Shown one piece after another: positions 29,201 to 38,213 of a stretch of DNA of 64,000 bases. The notes beneath the pieces are model-generated. The model did no database searches, was not told where the DNA came from, and worked only from the letters and a program-made list of their open reading frames with translations. The first letter of the stretch is position 1. Each line of letters starts with the position of its first letter. The stretch is from Acidimicrobiia bacterium (GTDB taxonomy: Bacteria > Actinomycetota > Acidimicrobiia > IMCC26256 > PALSA-610), in contig JBBSFB010000015.1 of NCBI GenBank assembly GCA_038239145.1, positions 11,270-75,269 on the forward strand, given 5' to 3'. The translations under genes and the position numbers were made by a program.

Positions 29201-29774
29201 GGCCGACGCGGCGAAAACGCTCGCGATCTTCGAGGTCAGTGACGCCAACGACCTCGGCGCGGCCGACGCGGCCGCCGCCATCGGCCTGCTGCGGTTGCAA
29301 CTCGGCGACGTCGACGGCGCCCTCGCGGTGATGGAAGGCCCCTACTCGGCCGCGACCGACGACGGACCCGTGCTCGCGATGGGTTGCCGGCTCGCGCTCG
29401 CCTACGCGATGGCACACCGGTGCGACGACGCCCGGGACGTGCTCGAAGCGATGAACGGACGCAGTGGCGGCACGTACTCCGACCGGATAATTGCACTCTG
29501 GGCGGAAGCGATCGTCCACGTACAGACCGGAAGTGGTGACGGACGGGGCAGTGTCGATGCCGCCCATGCCATTGCAACGGCCACCGACGCCCGGCTGGAA
29601 CATGCGATCGCGGCGTTGGCTCGCGCGTGCGTGCTCGAGGTGCTCGGCGACGACGAGGCCGCGGAGACGAGGGTCGACGCCGAGCGCCAGTTGGCGTCGC
29701 TCGGCGTCAGCGGCGACGGCTGGCGCAACGTGTTCGACGTCGCCCTGGCCGGGGTACACACCCGCAACGCCTGA
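26265..29774 (+). CDS. Zinc-ribbon / class III adenylate-guanylate cyclase / AAA ATPase / TPR multidomain protein
   Basis: MTCSACGAPVPEGARFCPECG, cyclase core (VLMADLVGFT...GDEVVALFGAP...GVNTGEV), P-loop SGEAGVGKSRL, and a long helical-repeat C-terminus. No C-terminal HTH is seen. Start at ATG 26265. Confidence 0.85.
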   Translation: MTCSACGAPVPEGARFCPECGQRLIAAADERRLATVLMADLVGFTALSAGSDPEQVKRLVDACFDALVADIVDFGGHLDKIVGDEVVALFGAPVAHEDDAERAVRAGLRMHETLAALAPALGVRVQMRIGVNTGEVLVGAMRAGGDATVMGDVVNTAQRLEKLAEPGQVIVGPATHAATHAAIRYEALGPQGLRGRDEPVESYRAIEAPAPPGRRRTREQAPLLGRDAEVATLEQVVAMAARKRRAHLVLLSGEAGVGKSRLASELGLRATRDFGAEVLIGQCVPYGDANVFVAVAEALRRACDCDAPVDPGEGNAAADPAVDLRARILERVTEVLELEADAPETVRMVEGLHHLMDGVTRPGVDPGRARDDALRSTIAFFEALATKAPLVLILSDLHWASDEALELCNRMLARLHDHPFVLVATTRPGLEDRWIPASGKHNELALHLDPLDRESTAELVRALLCGETDDATVEFLLERSGGNPFFVEELVAFVQETRDGDRLHELPATLHGLVAARLDALQATERSLLEDCAIVGAGGPISAVIALAGRDDARGLLDDLAERDFLVVEHDEFHFKSELIREIAYGTLTKAERARRHAVVAPVLAARGELGVDQAAHHLATAAELVDALGAVDGVPSDVREQAIDALMRAAERDESVEAWTPAERHHDRALALLGPENTQAHRTALLGRAGARVQRRVLDDARADILTALEESRAADDLPGEALALTLLGEGEAANGAYDVAEETFGQALQAWRALDDESGAANVLRGLGMTHLFRGDLEQAERFVSEALGSFRSSENQRGAAWALQNLAWISFTHGNVAKAESRLEQSADLFGELGDWGGLSWAYGLLAFVRYNQGRLEEASAIAEHIAIEGRETGNRWAVGMMTVLLANVALWSGRTRECAELGREAIDLFQDIGDRWGEVMASASAVRAHAELGHDDAYDTTLARYYEIARTMPDANMRVIPTVVEASVQLQRGHTADAAKTLAIFEVSDANDLGAADAAAAIGLLRLQLGDVDGALAVMEGPYSAATDDGPVLAMGCRLALAYAMAHRCDDARDVLEAMNGRSGGTYSDRIIALWAEAIVHVQTGSGDGRGSVDAAHAIATATDARLEHAIAALARACVLEVLGDDEAAETRVDAERQLASLGVSGDGWRNVFDVALAGVHTRNA

Positions 29775-29906
29775 CCGGCGCCGGCTACAGGGAGCGGCGG
29801 TGAGCGAGATTTTGGACCGTTACGCGCGTCGGGACGCGGCGGTCACGGCGAAGTCCCGCAGGAGAAGCTGCTCGCATTTCTCGGCCGCCGGCTGTAGCCG
29901 CGGGTA

Positions 29907-30338
29907 CTACGAGGAAGGTTCGAGCAGGACGAGCGGGATCTCCCGCGTCGTCTTGGTCTGGTATTGCGCGTAGTTCTTGTGGTCCGCCACGATCAGGGGC
30001 CACAGGCGCGTGCGCTCACCCGCATCGGCGACGCGAGCCAGCATCTTCTTCTTGGGCTCGCCCTTGTACGCGACCTCGACCTCGGGGTTGTCGCGCAGGT
30101 TGAGGAACCACGCCGGGTGGGTGTCGTCACCACCACGCGATGCGACGACGACAACTGCGGCCCCGTCTTGGATCGGCGACGTGAGCATCACCGACCGCGG
30201 CTGACCCGATTTACGGCCCGTCGTGGTCAGCTCGAGCACCGGCATCTTGGACGCCTGCCAGCCCAACCGACCACCGCTGATCTTGAGCACGCCCCGGTGG
30301 AGTCCGTTCATGGTCTTCAACACGAAATCGCTCGGCAT
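29907..30338 (-). CDS. Deazaflavin (F420)-dependent nitroreductase family protein (DUF385-like)
   Basis: SRGGDDTHPAWFLNLRDNPEVEV ... REIPLVLLE, characteristic of the family. Confidence 0.85.
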   Translation of the reverse strand: MPSDFVLKTMNGLHRGVLKISGGRLGWQASKMPVLELTTTGRKSGQPRSVMLTSPIQDGAAVVVVASRGGDDTHPAWFLNLRDNPEVEVAYKGEPKKKMLARVADAGERTRLWPLIVADHKNYAQYQTKTTREIPLVLLEPSS

Positions 30339-30347
30339 GACCCGAAC

Positions 30348-31367
30348 CTAGACGAGACCTCCCAAGACGGGACCTCCCGGGCCAGATCCGTTCGCGAACG
30401 GTGCGGCCCGGAGCCGGTCGAGCACGGCGTCACAGGCGCGGCCGTCAGCGAAGGTCGGCGCGTGCGCCGGCACCTCGCCGGTCGCAACGGCGTCCCGTAC
30501 GACGTCGGCGAAGCGGCGCATGGGCTCGAGGTGGACGTCGGTGCCGGCCTCCGCGTCGCCGGCGACGTCGATCGTCTCCCGGGTGCCGTCGGGCCGCCGC
30601 ACCGAGATGCGGCTCTCGCCCACGATCTCGGCGACGGCCACGGAACCGAAGATCGCAAATCGCGGCGCCATGTTCGCGACGGCCGCGAATCCACTGTCGA
30701 TCGCGACGGTCGCCCCGTTCGCCAGCGTCATCGAGGCGCTGAAGCCGTCCTCGGCCGTACAGCGGTGGAGCGTCCCGTCGGCGTCGGGGCGCTCGACCAC
30801 ATCGGTGCGCAGCATGGCGTCGACCCCGGTCACCTCGGTGCCGAGTACGTTGCGGAGCGCGTCGACCGCATGCGAACCCCAGGCGCCGATCCACCCCCCA
30901 CCGAGCGCCCGGTCGAACAGCCAACCCCAACGCCGGAGCGGGATCCGCGACCCCGCGGAGAGGCGCGTCATCTGGACGTGCTCGATCGCGCCGAGGTCGC
31001 CGTCGCTGACCATCTTCCGCAGGCGCGCACGTGCCGGGTCGTAACGGAACTCGAAGTTGCACAGCGCCACAACTCCCGCGGCCGCCGCTTCGGCCTCGAG
31101 CGCGACGGCTTCGTCGGAGTCGAGCGCGAACGGCTTGTCGCACAACACGGCCTTGCGCGCCGCCAGCGCGAGCCGCACGTGGGGCGCGTGCAAAAAGGGC
31201 GGCGAGTGCACGCTGACCAGATCCACGTCGGCACGGGTCACGAGCGCACGCACGGCGGCTTCGTCGCGAGCCGACACCACGTCGACTACCTCGCAGCCGT
31301 CGGTCTCGGCGAACACCGGGGCCACCACGCGCCGGCCGAACCCCCCGCCGACCACCGCGACCCTCAT
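30348..31367 (-). CDS. Gfo/Idh/MocA family oxidoreductase
   Basis: MRVAVVGGGFGRR Rossmann start and the CDKPFAL motif. The real start, ATG 31367, lies inside the longer track ORF. Confidence 0.85.
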   Translation of the reverse strand: MRVAVVGGGFGRRVVAPVFAETDGCEVVDVVSARDEAAVRALVTRADVDLVSVHSPPFLHAPHVRLALAARKAVLCDKPFALDSDEAVALEAEAAAAGVVALCNFEFRYDPARARLRKMVSDGDLGAIEHVQMTRLSAGSRIPLRRWGWLFDRALGGGWIGAWGSHAVDALRNVLGTEVTGVDAMLRTDVVERPDADGTLHRCTAEDGFSASMTLANGATVAIDSGFAAVANMAPRFAIFGSVAVAEIVGESRISVRRPDGTRETIDVAGDAEAGTDVHLEPMRRFADVVRDAVATGEVPAHAPTFADGRACDAVLDRLRAAPFANGSGPGGPVLGGLV

Positions 31368-31393
31368 TCGCCCAGCGCCAGACGAGGTCGCGG

Positions 31394-32158
31394 TCACGGG
31401 TCGAGGAGTGTCGACGACTCCAGGTCGAGGAAGAGCGTCGCGTGCGGCTGCCGGCGGAGCACCGACGCCGGGCACGCGGTCGAGATCGGGCCGCGCAACG
31501 CCTCCCGCACCGCCGGCGCCTTGCGAGCCTCGGGCACGATCACGAGCACACGGCGGGCGCGCAACAGCGCCGAGATCGTGACGGTGATGGCGTGGGTGGG
31601 GACGTCGTCGATCGTCGCGAAGTGTCCTTCGCCGACCTGCTGGCGGCGCGAGGCTTCGTCGAGCGCGACGACCTTGACCGCGAGCGGGTCGTCGAAGTCG
31701 GCGACGGGCGGATCGTTGAACGCCAGGTGCCCGTTCTCGCCGATCCCGGCGCAACACAGGTCGAGCGGGTGCGCGTCGAGCAGCGCCGCGTAGCGGGCCG
31801 CTTCCGCTTTCGCGTCGGGCGCGTCGCCGTTCAGGTAGTGGAACTCCATCACGGGCAGGTGCGCGGCGACCCGCTCCCGCATGTACCGCTGGAAGCTCGC
31901 CGAATGCGACGGCGCCAACCCGACGTACTCGTCCATGTGGAAACCGCGCACGTGGTCCCATGCGATCCCGGGCAGCTGGATCAACTCGACGAGGAACGCG
32001 AGCTGGGAGTTGCCGGTCGCGAGCATGACATTTGCCTCGCCCCGATCGACGATGGTGGATCGGATCGTGGCGGCCGCCTCCACCGCTGCGTCGCGGGGCA
32101 TCTCGTCGACGTCGTCGACGCGCACGGTCAGCGATTGGAACTCGCGAACGACGCTCAC
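31394..32158 (-). CDS. Glucosamine-6-phosphate deaminase / 6-phosphogluconolactonase family protein
   Basis: LATGNSQL, FHMDEY, GIGENGHLAFNDP motifs. The GTG start overlaps the upstream TGA (GTGA at 32155-32158). Confidence 0.85.
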   Translation of the reverse strand: MSVVREFQSLTVRVDDVDEMPRDAAVEAAATIRSTIVDRGEANVMLATGNSQLAFLVELIQLPGIAWDHVRGFHMDEYVGLAPSHSASFQRYMRERVAAHLPVMEFHYLNGDAPDAKAEAARYAALLDAHPLDLCCAGIGENGHLAFNDPPVADFDDPLAVKVVALDEASRRQQVGEGHFATIDDVPTHAITVTISALLRARRVLVIVPEARKAPAVREALRGPISTACPASVLRRQPHATLFLDLESSTLLDP

Positions 32159-33525
32159 GCGAACTGCGGCAACCACCGCGCAGTGGCCGCGAGCATCTCG
32201 TCGGTCATCTGCTCGACGTGATCGAAGTCGATCCGGCCCGCGAGCGGATCGAGGAGCATCGCCTCGACCACCTTCTCGCGGTCGCCCGAGAGCGCGGCGC
32301 CGACCGTCGCCTCCTGGGCGGCGGAAATCCGACGCAGCCACTCGGCGAGTACCGGCGGGAGGCGGACCTCGTCCCGCGGGTGCAAGCCCTTCGCGTCGGC
32401 AATGCACATGGACTCGACCACGACGTCGGCCGGGAGGTCGGGGGCCTGACCCGTGTTCGGGAGATTGAGTGGGAACGCGTGCGCCCGATCTCGTAGCAAC
32501 GAGTCGATCAGCGGGGCAACCATCTCACCGGACGGCACCCGCGACACTTCGTTCGCGGCGCGCATCTTCGCGAGCGTTTCCTTGTGGCTCCCGGCGTCAC
32601 CTTCGCGGTCTTCGATCGTGGTGAGCTTCACACCCCAGCGTTTGCCCCATTCCGACTCCTCGGTGAGGAAGCCGGGGAAGAACTCGACGAGATGACGGTC
32701 GCCGGCGCCGGGCAGCACCCCGAAGCGTTCGAAGAGCGCGAACTTCACCTGGTGGTGGTCGAGGATGTCGCGCTTGGTCACCCCGCCTGCGAACGCGGCG
32801 GCTTCCTTCCCCAGACCCGCGGGCAGCTTCACGGGTTGCGCGCCGAGGCCGTCGGGATCCGCGAGGAGCGCGCGGAGCTGCTCGAACCCGTCTTCCCCGT
32901 TGACCCGCATCGACGTGAAGATCGGGAGGTGGTTCACGCCGACCAGCTCGAAGTCGAGATCGAGGAAGCTCGCGTCGAGCAGGAGCGAGAGTGCAAACTG
33001 CGCGCCGGCGATCTCGTGACAGAGCCCGACCGTCTTGATGCTCGTCTCGTGCGTCATCGAGCGGCACAAGGTGGTCATCGGGTTGGTGATGTTGAGCATC
33101 CACGCGTCGGGACAAAGCTCTTCCATGCTGCGCGCGATGCCGACCAATACCGGGATGTTGCGCAGCGCGCGCATGACTCCGCCGGGTCCGACCGAGTCGC
33201 CGACCGATTGCTTGATGCCGTGCCGAGCCGGGATCTCGAGGTCGAAGCGCATGCTCTCGAAACCACCGGTCGAGATCGTCACCACGACGTAGTCGGCGCC
33301 CGCGAGCGCGGCGCGCTGGTCGGTCGTGGTCGAGACGGTCATGCCAATGCCCGCGAGACCGACCACGTGCTTCACGAAGTCGGCCATCGGCTCGAGCGGC
33401 GCCGGGTCGATGTCCTGTAGCACGATCTCGGCATCGGCGAGCGACTGCGTGTTGACGAGGTCGACCAGCAGCTTGGGAACCCACTGGTAGCTGCCGCCAC
33501 CGATGATGACGATCCGCGATGCCAT
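32155..33525 (-). CDS. Glycoside hydrolase family 4 (NAD/Mn-dependent) enzyme
   Basis: IVIIGGGSYQW Rossmann start, and NITNPMTTLCRSM...VGLCHE (GH4 signature ending G-x-C). Start at ATG 33525. Confidence 0.85.
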   Translation of the reverse strand: MASRIVIIGGGSYQWVPKLLVDLVNTQSLADAEIVLQDIDPAPLEPMADFVKHVVGLAGIGMTVSTTTDQRAALAGADYVVVTISTGGFESMRFDLEIPARHGIKQSVGDSVGPGGVMRALRNIPVLVGIARSMEELCPDAWMLNITNPMTTLCRSMTHETSIKTVGLCHEIAGAQFALSLLLDASFLDLDFELVGVNHLPIFTSMRVNGEDGFEQLRALLADPDGLGAQPVKLPAGLGKEAAAFAGGVTKRDILDHHQVKFALFERFGVLPGAGDRHLVEFFPGFLTEESEWGKRWGVKLTTIEDREGDAGSHKETLAKMRAANEVSRVPSGEMVAPLIDSLLRDRAHAFPLNLPNTGQAPDLPADVVVESMCIADAKGLHPRDEVRLPPVLAEWLRRISAAQEATVGAALSGDREKVVEAMLLDPLAGRIDFDHVEQMTDEMLAATARWLPQFA

Positions 33526-33536
33526 GGCGGCCGATC

Positions 33537-34919
33537 CTACGCGTCGAACTGGGGAAGCCAACGAGCCGTTGCGCCCAGCATGTCGTCGGTCATCTCGATG
33601 ACCTTCTCGTACGGGAGTTGTGCTGCGATCGGGTCGGCGAGCATCGCTTCCAACACGAGCTCACGGTCACCGGCAACTGCAGCCTCGACCGTCCATTCCT
33701 GCACCACGTTGATGCGCCGGAGGAACTCACCCATGATCCCGGGAACGGTCGTCTTGTCGCGGCCCCGTATCCCGGTGCTGTCGGCGATGCCCATGATCTC
33801 GACGACCGCGTCGTCATCGAGGTTCGTCACGTTGCCGTCGTTCGGGAGGTTCACCGGGAGGTGTTGCGGTTTGCCGGTGACCATGCCGTCGAGCAGCTGC
33901 GCGACGAGCTCACCGGACGGCATCCGGGTGACGTCGGGCGCGTCCCGCATCTCCTCGTAGTACTCGACGTCCTCGGCCGCGTCGGCCCGATGGCCCGACA
34001 TGCCGTAGTGATGCACGCGCCAATCACTGCCGTAGTCGTTTCCCGGTTGCACGAACCCGGGCATGAACTCGACCGAGTGGTGGTCGCCGGAACCTACGAG
34101 CACGCCGAACCGCCGGAACAACTCGAAGCGCACCCGGTTGTTCTCGATGACGTCGAGCTTGGTCCAGTACTCGGCCGGCGAGACCTTCACCCAACCCGCC
34201 TTCTCGGGCGGATCCATCCAGATCGGCTCCGTCGCGGCGCGCTCGGGATCGTTCAGCAGCGCGTGCAGGCGGACGAACGCGTCGTCCTCGCCCTTAACCT
34301 TCAACGAGGTGGCGAGCGGATAGTGGTTCACGCCGCCCAGGATCGGGTCGACCTCGTTCATCCCGCTGTCGAACAGCAGGCTCAGTATCCACGAGCACCC
34401 GACCCACTCGTTGCAGAGACCGACCGACTTGACGTTGGTCTCGCGCGTCACCGAGCGACATAGCGCGGTAAGAGGGTTGGTGACGTTGATCAACCACGCG
34501 TCGGGAGCGACCGCTTCGATGTCGCGGGCGATGTCGAGCAGCACCGGGATGCTGCGGAGGGCCCGGAGGATGCCACCGGGGCCGACGCTGTCGCCGATGG
34601 GCTGGCGGATCCCGTACCGCTGGGGGATCTCGATGTCGTGTTGCATCGAGTCGAACCCGCCGACCGAAAACGCACTGATCACGTAGTCGGCGCCCGCGAG
34701 CGCCCGGCGCCGGTTGCCCTCGGCCTCCACCTTCAACTCGATGCCGCGCCGTTTCGCGATCTCGGCGCCGAGGTCCTGCATGATCAGCATGCGTTCGGTG
34801 TCGAGATCGTGCAGCACAACATGTGCGTCGTTCAGCGACGGGGTGTTGGCAAAGTCGGTCAGCAGTCGCGGGGCCCAGTGGTAACTCCCGCCGCCGACAA
34901 CACTGATGTTCGCGCCCAT
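33537..34919 (-). CDS. Glycoside hydrolase family 4 paralog
   Basis: ISVVGGGSYHW, and NVTNPLTALCRSV...VGLCNE. It lies 11 nt upstream of the other GH4 gene. Confidence 0.85.
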   Translation of the reverse strand: MGANISVVGGGSYHWAPRLLTDFANTPSLNDAHVVLHDLDTERMLIMQDLGAEIAKRRGIELKVEAEGNRRRALAGADYVISAFSVGGFDSMQHDIEIPQRYGIRQPIGDSVGPGGILRALRSIPVLLDIARDIEAVAPDAWLINVTNPLTALCRSVTRETNVKSVGLCNEWVGCSWILSLLFDSGMNEVDPILGGVNHYPLATSLKVKGEDDAFVRLHALLNDPERAATEPIWMDPPEKAGWVKVSPAEYWTKLDVIENNRVRFELFRRFGVLVGSGDHHSVEFMPGFVQPGNDYGSDWRVHHYGMSGHRADAAEDVEYYEEMRDAPDVTRMPSGELVAQLLDGMVTGKPQHLPVNLPNDGNVTNLDDDAVVEIMGIADSTGIRGRDKTTVPGIMGEFLRRINVVQEWTVEAAVAGDRELVLEAMLADPIAAQLPYEKVIEMTDDMLGATARWLPQFDA

Positions 34920-34969
34920 GCGCGGAGCCTACGAGCGAACGGCTCCGGCGGGCGACCCCGCGGCGCCCG

Positions 34970-35437
34970 TCAGTCGGTGAGCGCGACCTCGATCTCGATC
35001 TCGACCGCGCCGCCGCGCGGCAACGCGGCCACACCGATAGCCGAGCGGGTGTGCCGGCCCGCGTCGCCGAACACGTCGAACAGCAACTTGCTCGCACCGT
35101 CGACGACGGCCGGCTGCTGCTCGAACCCGGGCGCGGACGCCACGAACCCGAGCACCGTGAGTACGCGGGAGATGCGATCGAGCGACCCGAGCCCGGCCCG
35201 CAGCACCGAGAGCGCGTTCAGCGCGCACCAACGAGCGGCCTCCGCGCCCTGCTCGACGGAGAGGTTCGTGCCGAGCACGCCCGGATGCACCAGCTGGCCG
35301 TCGTGATCGCGAGGAAGTTGGCCCGAGGTGCGGGCGCGGTCGCCGTGCACGATCATCGCGTCGAGCGGATCGTGCGGTGGGTACGGCCCGGGCAACTCCA
35401 GACCCAACGCGAGCAGACAGTCGTCGATCGTGCTCAC
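34970..35437 (-). CDS. RidA/YjgF-family protein
   Basis: C-terminal RSAIGVAALPRGGAVEIEIEV. The GTG start overlaps the upstream TGA (35434-35437). Confidence 0.85.
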   Translation of the reverse strand: MSTIDDCLLALGLELPGPYPPHDPLDAMIVHGDRARTSGQLPRDHDGQLVHPGVLGTNLSVEQGAEAARWCALNALSVLRAGLGSLDRISRVLTVLGFVASAPGFEQQPAVVDGASKLLFDVFGDAGRHTRSAIGVAALPRGGAVEIEIEVALTD

Positions 35438-36432
35438 AGCCACCTCTCCAAGAAGGCTGGGACGGTGCTGCCGTACCAGCGGTGATCGCCCTCGAACACG
35501 TCGTGTACGAGCGCTTCGTCGGGTGCACCCAGGCGCGCGTAGAGCGGCCGCAACCGGTCGACGGTCTCGCGCGCAGCGGTCGCGGGGAAGATCGGGTCCT
35601 GGTCGCCCGACTCCGCAAGCAGCGGACGGGGCGCGATGAGTGCGGCGATGTCGAGGTGCTCGATCGCGCCGAGCTGACCCGGCATTATCTGCGACCCGCA
35701 CATGTTCCACGGCACCGTGTGCGCGGCCCGCCACGACGCCAGGTAGCCGGAAATCACGGCGACGCGCACGCGCTCGTCGAGAGCGGCGAGGAAGAGCGTG
35801 CACGTGCCGCCGTACGACAAGCCGGCCGCGGCGACACGATCGGGATCGACCAGCGGGTGCGCGCACAACACGTCGAGTGACTTCGAGAGATCCCAGAGGT
35901 TGCGCTCGAGCGGCACGACTCCGGCCATCGTGGCGCAGACCAGATCCCAGTCGCAGTGGTACTTCTCGTCGGGCATCCAGTCGCGGCGTTCGCCGAACCC
36001 GCGCAGATCCGGCGCGAGCACGACGTAGCCCAGCAACGCGAGCGCGTGCGCGTAGTCGTCGCCGGGACCGCCGGGCTCGATACCGCAGACGTACGACTTC
36101 CCCGGGCCGTGACCATGGATCGCGAGCACCGCAGGACCGGGCGCAGCCTCTCGACGCGCGTGGGGAACCAGGAGGTACGCCGGCACCGACATGGTGTCCT
36201 CGACGTCGAACACGATCCGCGACCTGGCGTATTCACCGCAGTCGATCTCTTCGGTCGTCTCGAGGTCGAGGGGAACCGGGGTCGGGTGCGCGCCCAGCCG
36301 GGCGTCGAGCTCGGCGCGCGTGCGCGCTCGCCATACGTCGTCGTCGGTCGGTGGCGATTGCTCCGCGGCGGCCACCCGCTCCAGGTGCAGGCGCCAGTAC
36401 GCCCAGTTGGAGAAATTCCGGGCGCCGCTCAC
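35434..36432 (-). CDS. Alpha/beta hydrolase (acetyl-esterase / dienelactone-hydrolase-like)
   Basis: Nucleophile elbow GLSYGG, and LAIHGHG. The start is taken at GTG 36432 (GTGA overlap with the upstream stop). An ATG at 36453 is an alternative. Confidence 0.72.
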   Translation of the reverse strand: MSGARNFSNWAYWRLHLERVAAAEQSPPTDDDVWRARTRAELDARLGAHPTPVPLDLETTEEIDCGEYARSRIVFDVEDTMSVPAYLLVPHARREAAPGPAVLAIHGHGPGKSYVCGIEPGGPGDDYAHALALLGYVVLAPDLRGFGERRDWMPDEKYHCDWDLVCATMAGVVPLERNLWDLSKSLDVLCAHPLVDPDRVAAAGLSYGGTCTLFLAALDERVRVAVISGYLASWRAAHTVPWNMCGSQIMPGQLGAIEHLDIAALIAPRPLLAESGDQDPIFPATAARETVDRLRPLYARLGAPDEALVHDVFEGDHRWYGSTVPAFLERWL

Positions 36433-37124
36433 GCCGATTCGCCGAGCGCCCATCCGAGTCCGCCCGAAAGATGGCGCAGGTACGCCGGCGACTCCCAGGC
36501 CGACGGGAAGTGACCCAGGCTCGTCGAGAACACGCGCCCGTTTCCCTCGGAGAAGCACCACGCCAGCGGGAACCCGAACGTCTGCTGCACTGCACCGCCG
36601 GCGCTGAGGTCGAGCTCGCCGTCGCGCACGCGCAACAGCACCTGGGCGTCGGGGCGCAGGTCGCGGAATTGATACACCTCGTCGCGCCAGCTCCATTCCG
36701 CGCCGAGATGAGCGACCGCGGGGTGCGTGGGGTCGAGCACGTCGGCGACGAACGTCTGCGTCCACGGATGCCCGTTGAACCGGGCGCCGACGATCGCGCC
36801 GTACTCGTCCCATCCGTAACAGGAATCGGTCGCGGAATGGATCGCGCACACGCTCAGGTTCCCGGAGCGCAGGCGTTCGAGGATCACGTTCTGTTGCTCG
36901 ACGCTCCAGGGCGTCTCACCGATCGTGAAGAGCGCGAGCGCACGCGCGGCGCGGATCTGGTCGGCGGTGATCTCGCGCACGTCGTCGACGCGGACGCCGC
37001 GCAGGCCGTGCATCTCCGCCACCTGATCCACTCCGACCGCGGCTTGGTCGAGGACGCCGTGCACGCCCGCGGGACCGTCGTGGTAGGGCGAGACCTGGGT
37101 CACGAACAGCAGCGGGTCAGGCAT
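36429..37124 (-). CDS. ThuA-like (trehalose-utilisation-type) domain protein
   Basis: LLFVTQVSPYHDGP ... HSATDSCYGWDEYGAIVGARFNGHP ... TSLGH pattern. Start at ATG 37124. Confidence 0.7.
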   Translation of the reverse strand: MPDPLLFVTQVSPYHDGPAGVHGVLDQAAVGVDQVAEMHGLRGVRVDDVREITADQIRAARALALFTIGETPWSVEQQNVILERLRSGNLSVCAIHSATDSCYGWDEYGAIVGARFNGHPWTQTFVADVLDPTHPAVAHLGAEWSWRDEVYQFRDLRPDAQVLLRVRDGELDLSAGGAVQQTFGFPLAWCFSEGNGRVFSTSLGHFPSAWESPAYLRHLSGGLGWALGESA

Positions 37125-37158
37125 GACGCGGCAAGGTATCGCAGTAGCGTTGCCGCTC

Positions 37159-38046
37159 ATGGAGATCGGATTCATCGGCCTCGGCGCGATGGGCTTGCCC
37201 ATGACCCGTCACCTGCTGGCTGCAGGCCACAATGTCACGGTCGCGTCACGCAGCCAACCACCGATCGACGCCGCGGTAGCAGCCGGCGCGCGTGTCGGCG
37301 CGGGCCCGCACGCGGTCGTTGCTGCGAGCGAGATCACGATCCTGTGCGTGCCCGATTCACCCGACGTGGTCGGTGTGATCGATGCCGCCCTTCCCGCGCT
37401 ACGGGCGGGCAAGATCGTGATCGACACGTCGACGATCGACCCCGAGGTGGAACGGGCCCAACACGCCCGGGTCACCGCCGCCGGCGCCGCGTACCTCGAC
37501 GCGCCGTTGTCGGGAGGAACCGTCGGCGCGGAGCGGGGCACGCTCACTGTGATGGTCGGCGGCGACGCGATGGTGCTCGACTCCGCGCGTCCGGCACTCG
37601 ACCCCTTCGCCGGGCTGGTGGTGCATGCGGGCGGTCCCGGTTTCGGCCAGATCGTCAAGCTGTGCAATCAGCTCGTCTACGCGGCGCAGATGCTCGCTGT
37701 CTCCGAGGCCTGTGTGCTCGCGGTGAGGGAAGGGGTCGACCTCACGGTGGTCCACGAGGTGCTGACTCACTCGACCGGCGACTGCACCGCGATCCGCACC
37801 CGCATCCCCTTCGCCGGCGTCCGTCCCGATACCCCGGCATCGAACGGTTGGAAGCCGGGCTTCATGACCGCGCTGATGGCGAAGGACATCGACCTCGTCG
37901 TGCGGGAGTCGGCCCGGGCCGGCGCGCCCGCCTCGAGCGCGGAGCTGGTCGCGCCCGTGCTCGCGGCTGCGGTCGAGGCCGGCTACGGCCGGGAAGACTT
38001 CTCCGCGCTCGGCAAGGTCGTCCGCCGGCGCGCCGGCCTCGCCTGA
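37159..38046 (+). CDS. NAD(P)-dependent 3-hydroxyisobutyrate/6-phosphogluconate dehydrogenase-like oxidoreductase
   Basis: MEIGFIGLGAMGLPMTRHL Rossmann start, and DAPLSGG. Divergent from the sugar operon. Confidence 0.85.
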   Translation: MEIGFIGLGAMGLPMTRHLLAAGHNVTVASRSQPPIDAAVAAGARVGAGPHAVVAASEITILCVPDSPDVVGVIDAALPALRAGKIVIDTSTIDPEVERAQHARVTAAGAAYLDAPLSGGTVGAERGTLTVMVGGDAMVLDSARPALDPFAGLVVHAGGPGFGQIVKLCNQLVYAAQMLAVSEACVLAVREGVDLTVVHEVLTHSTGDCTAIRTRIPFAGVRPDTPASNGWKPGFMTALMAKDIDLVVRESARAGAPASSAELVAPVLAAAVEAGYGREDFSALGKVVRRRAGLA

Positions 38047-38213
38047 CACGTCTGCACGCCCGCGGTCACGAATCCCGACGGGGGCGCCGCGCCGCACCCG
38101 GCTCCTCGACGACCCCGGCGGCATCCCGAGCTCGTTTCCATTCGACGTGGAACCCCGGGTCTTCGACGTCGTAGCGCCGGACGAGCGCCGCCATCGCGAC
38201 GCTACCGATCTCC

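Noticed and set aside
29781-29900. Related GCCGGCTACAG / GCCGGCTGTAGCCG sequences about 100 nt apart between convergent genes, considered as a bidirectional terminator.
   Set aside because: The match is short and imperfect (9 of 11), has a ~100-nt spacer and has no U-tract, so it is not convincing as a terminator.
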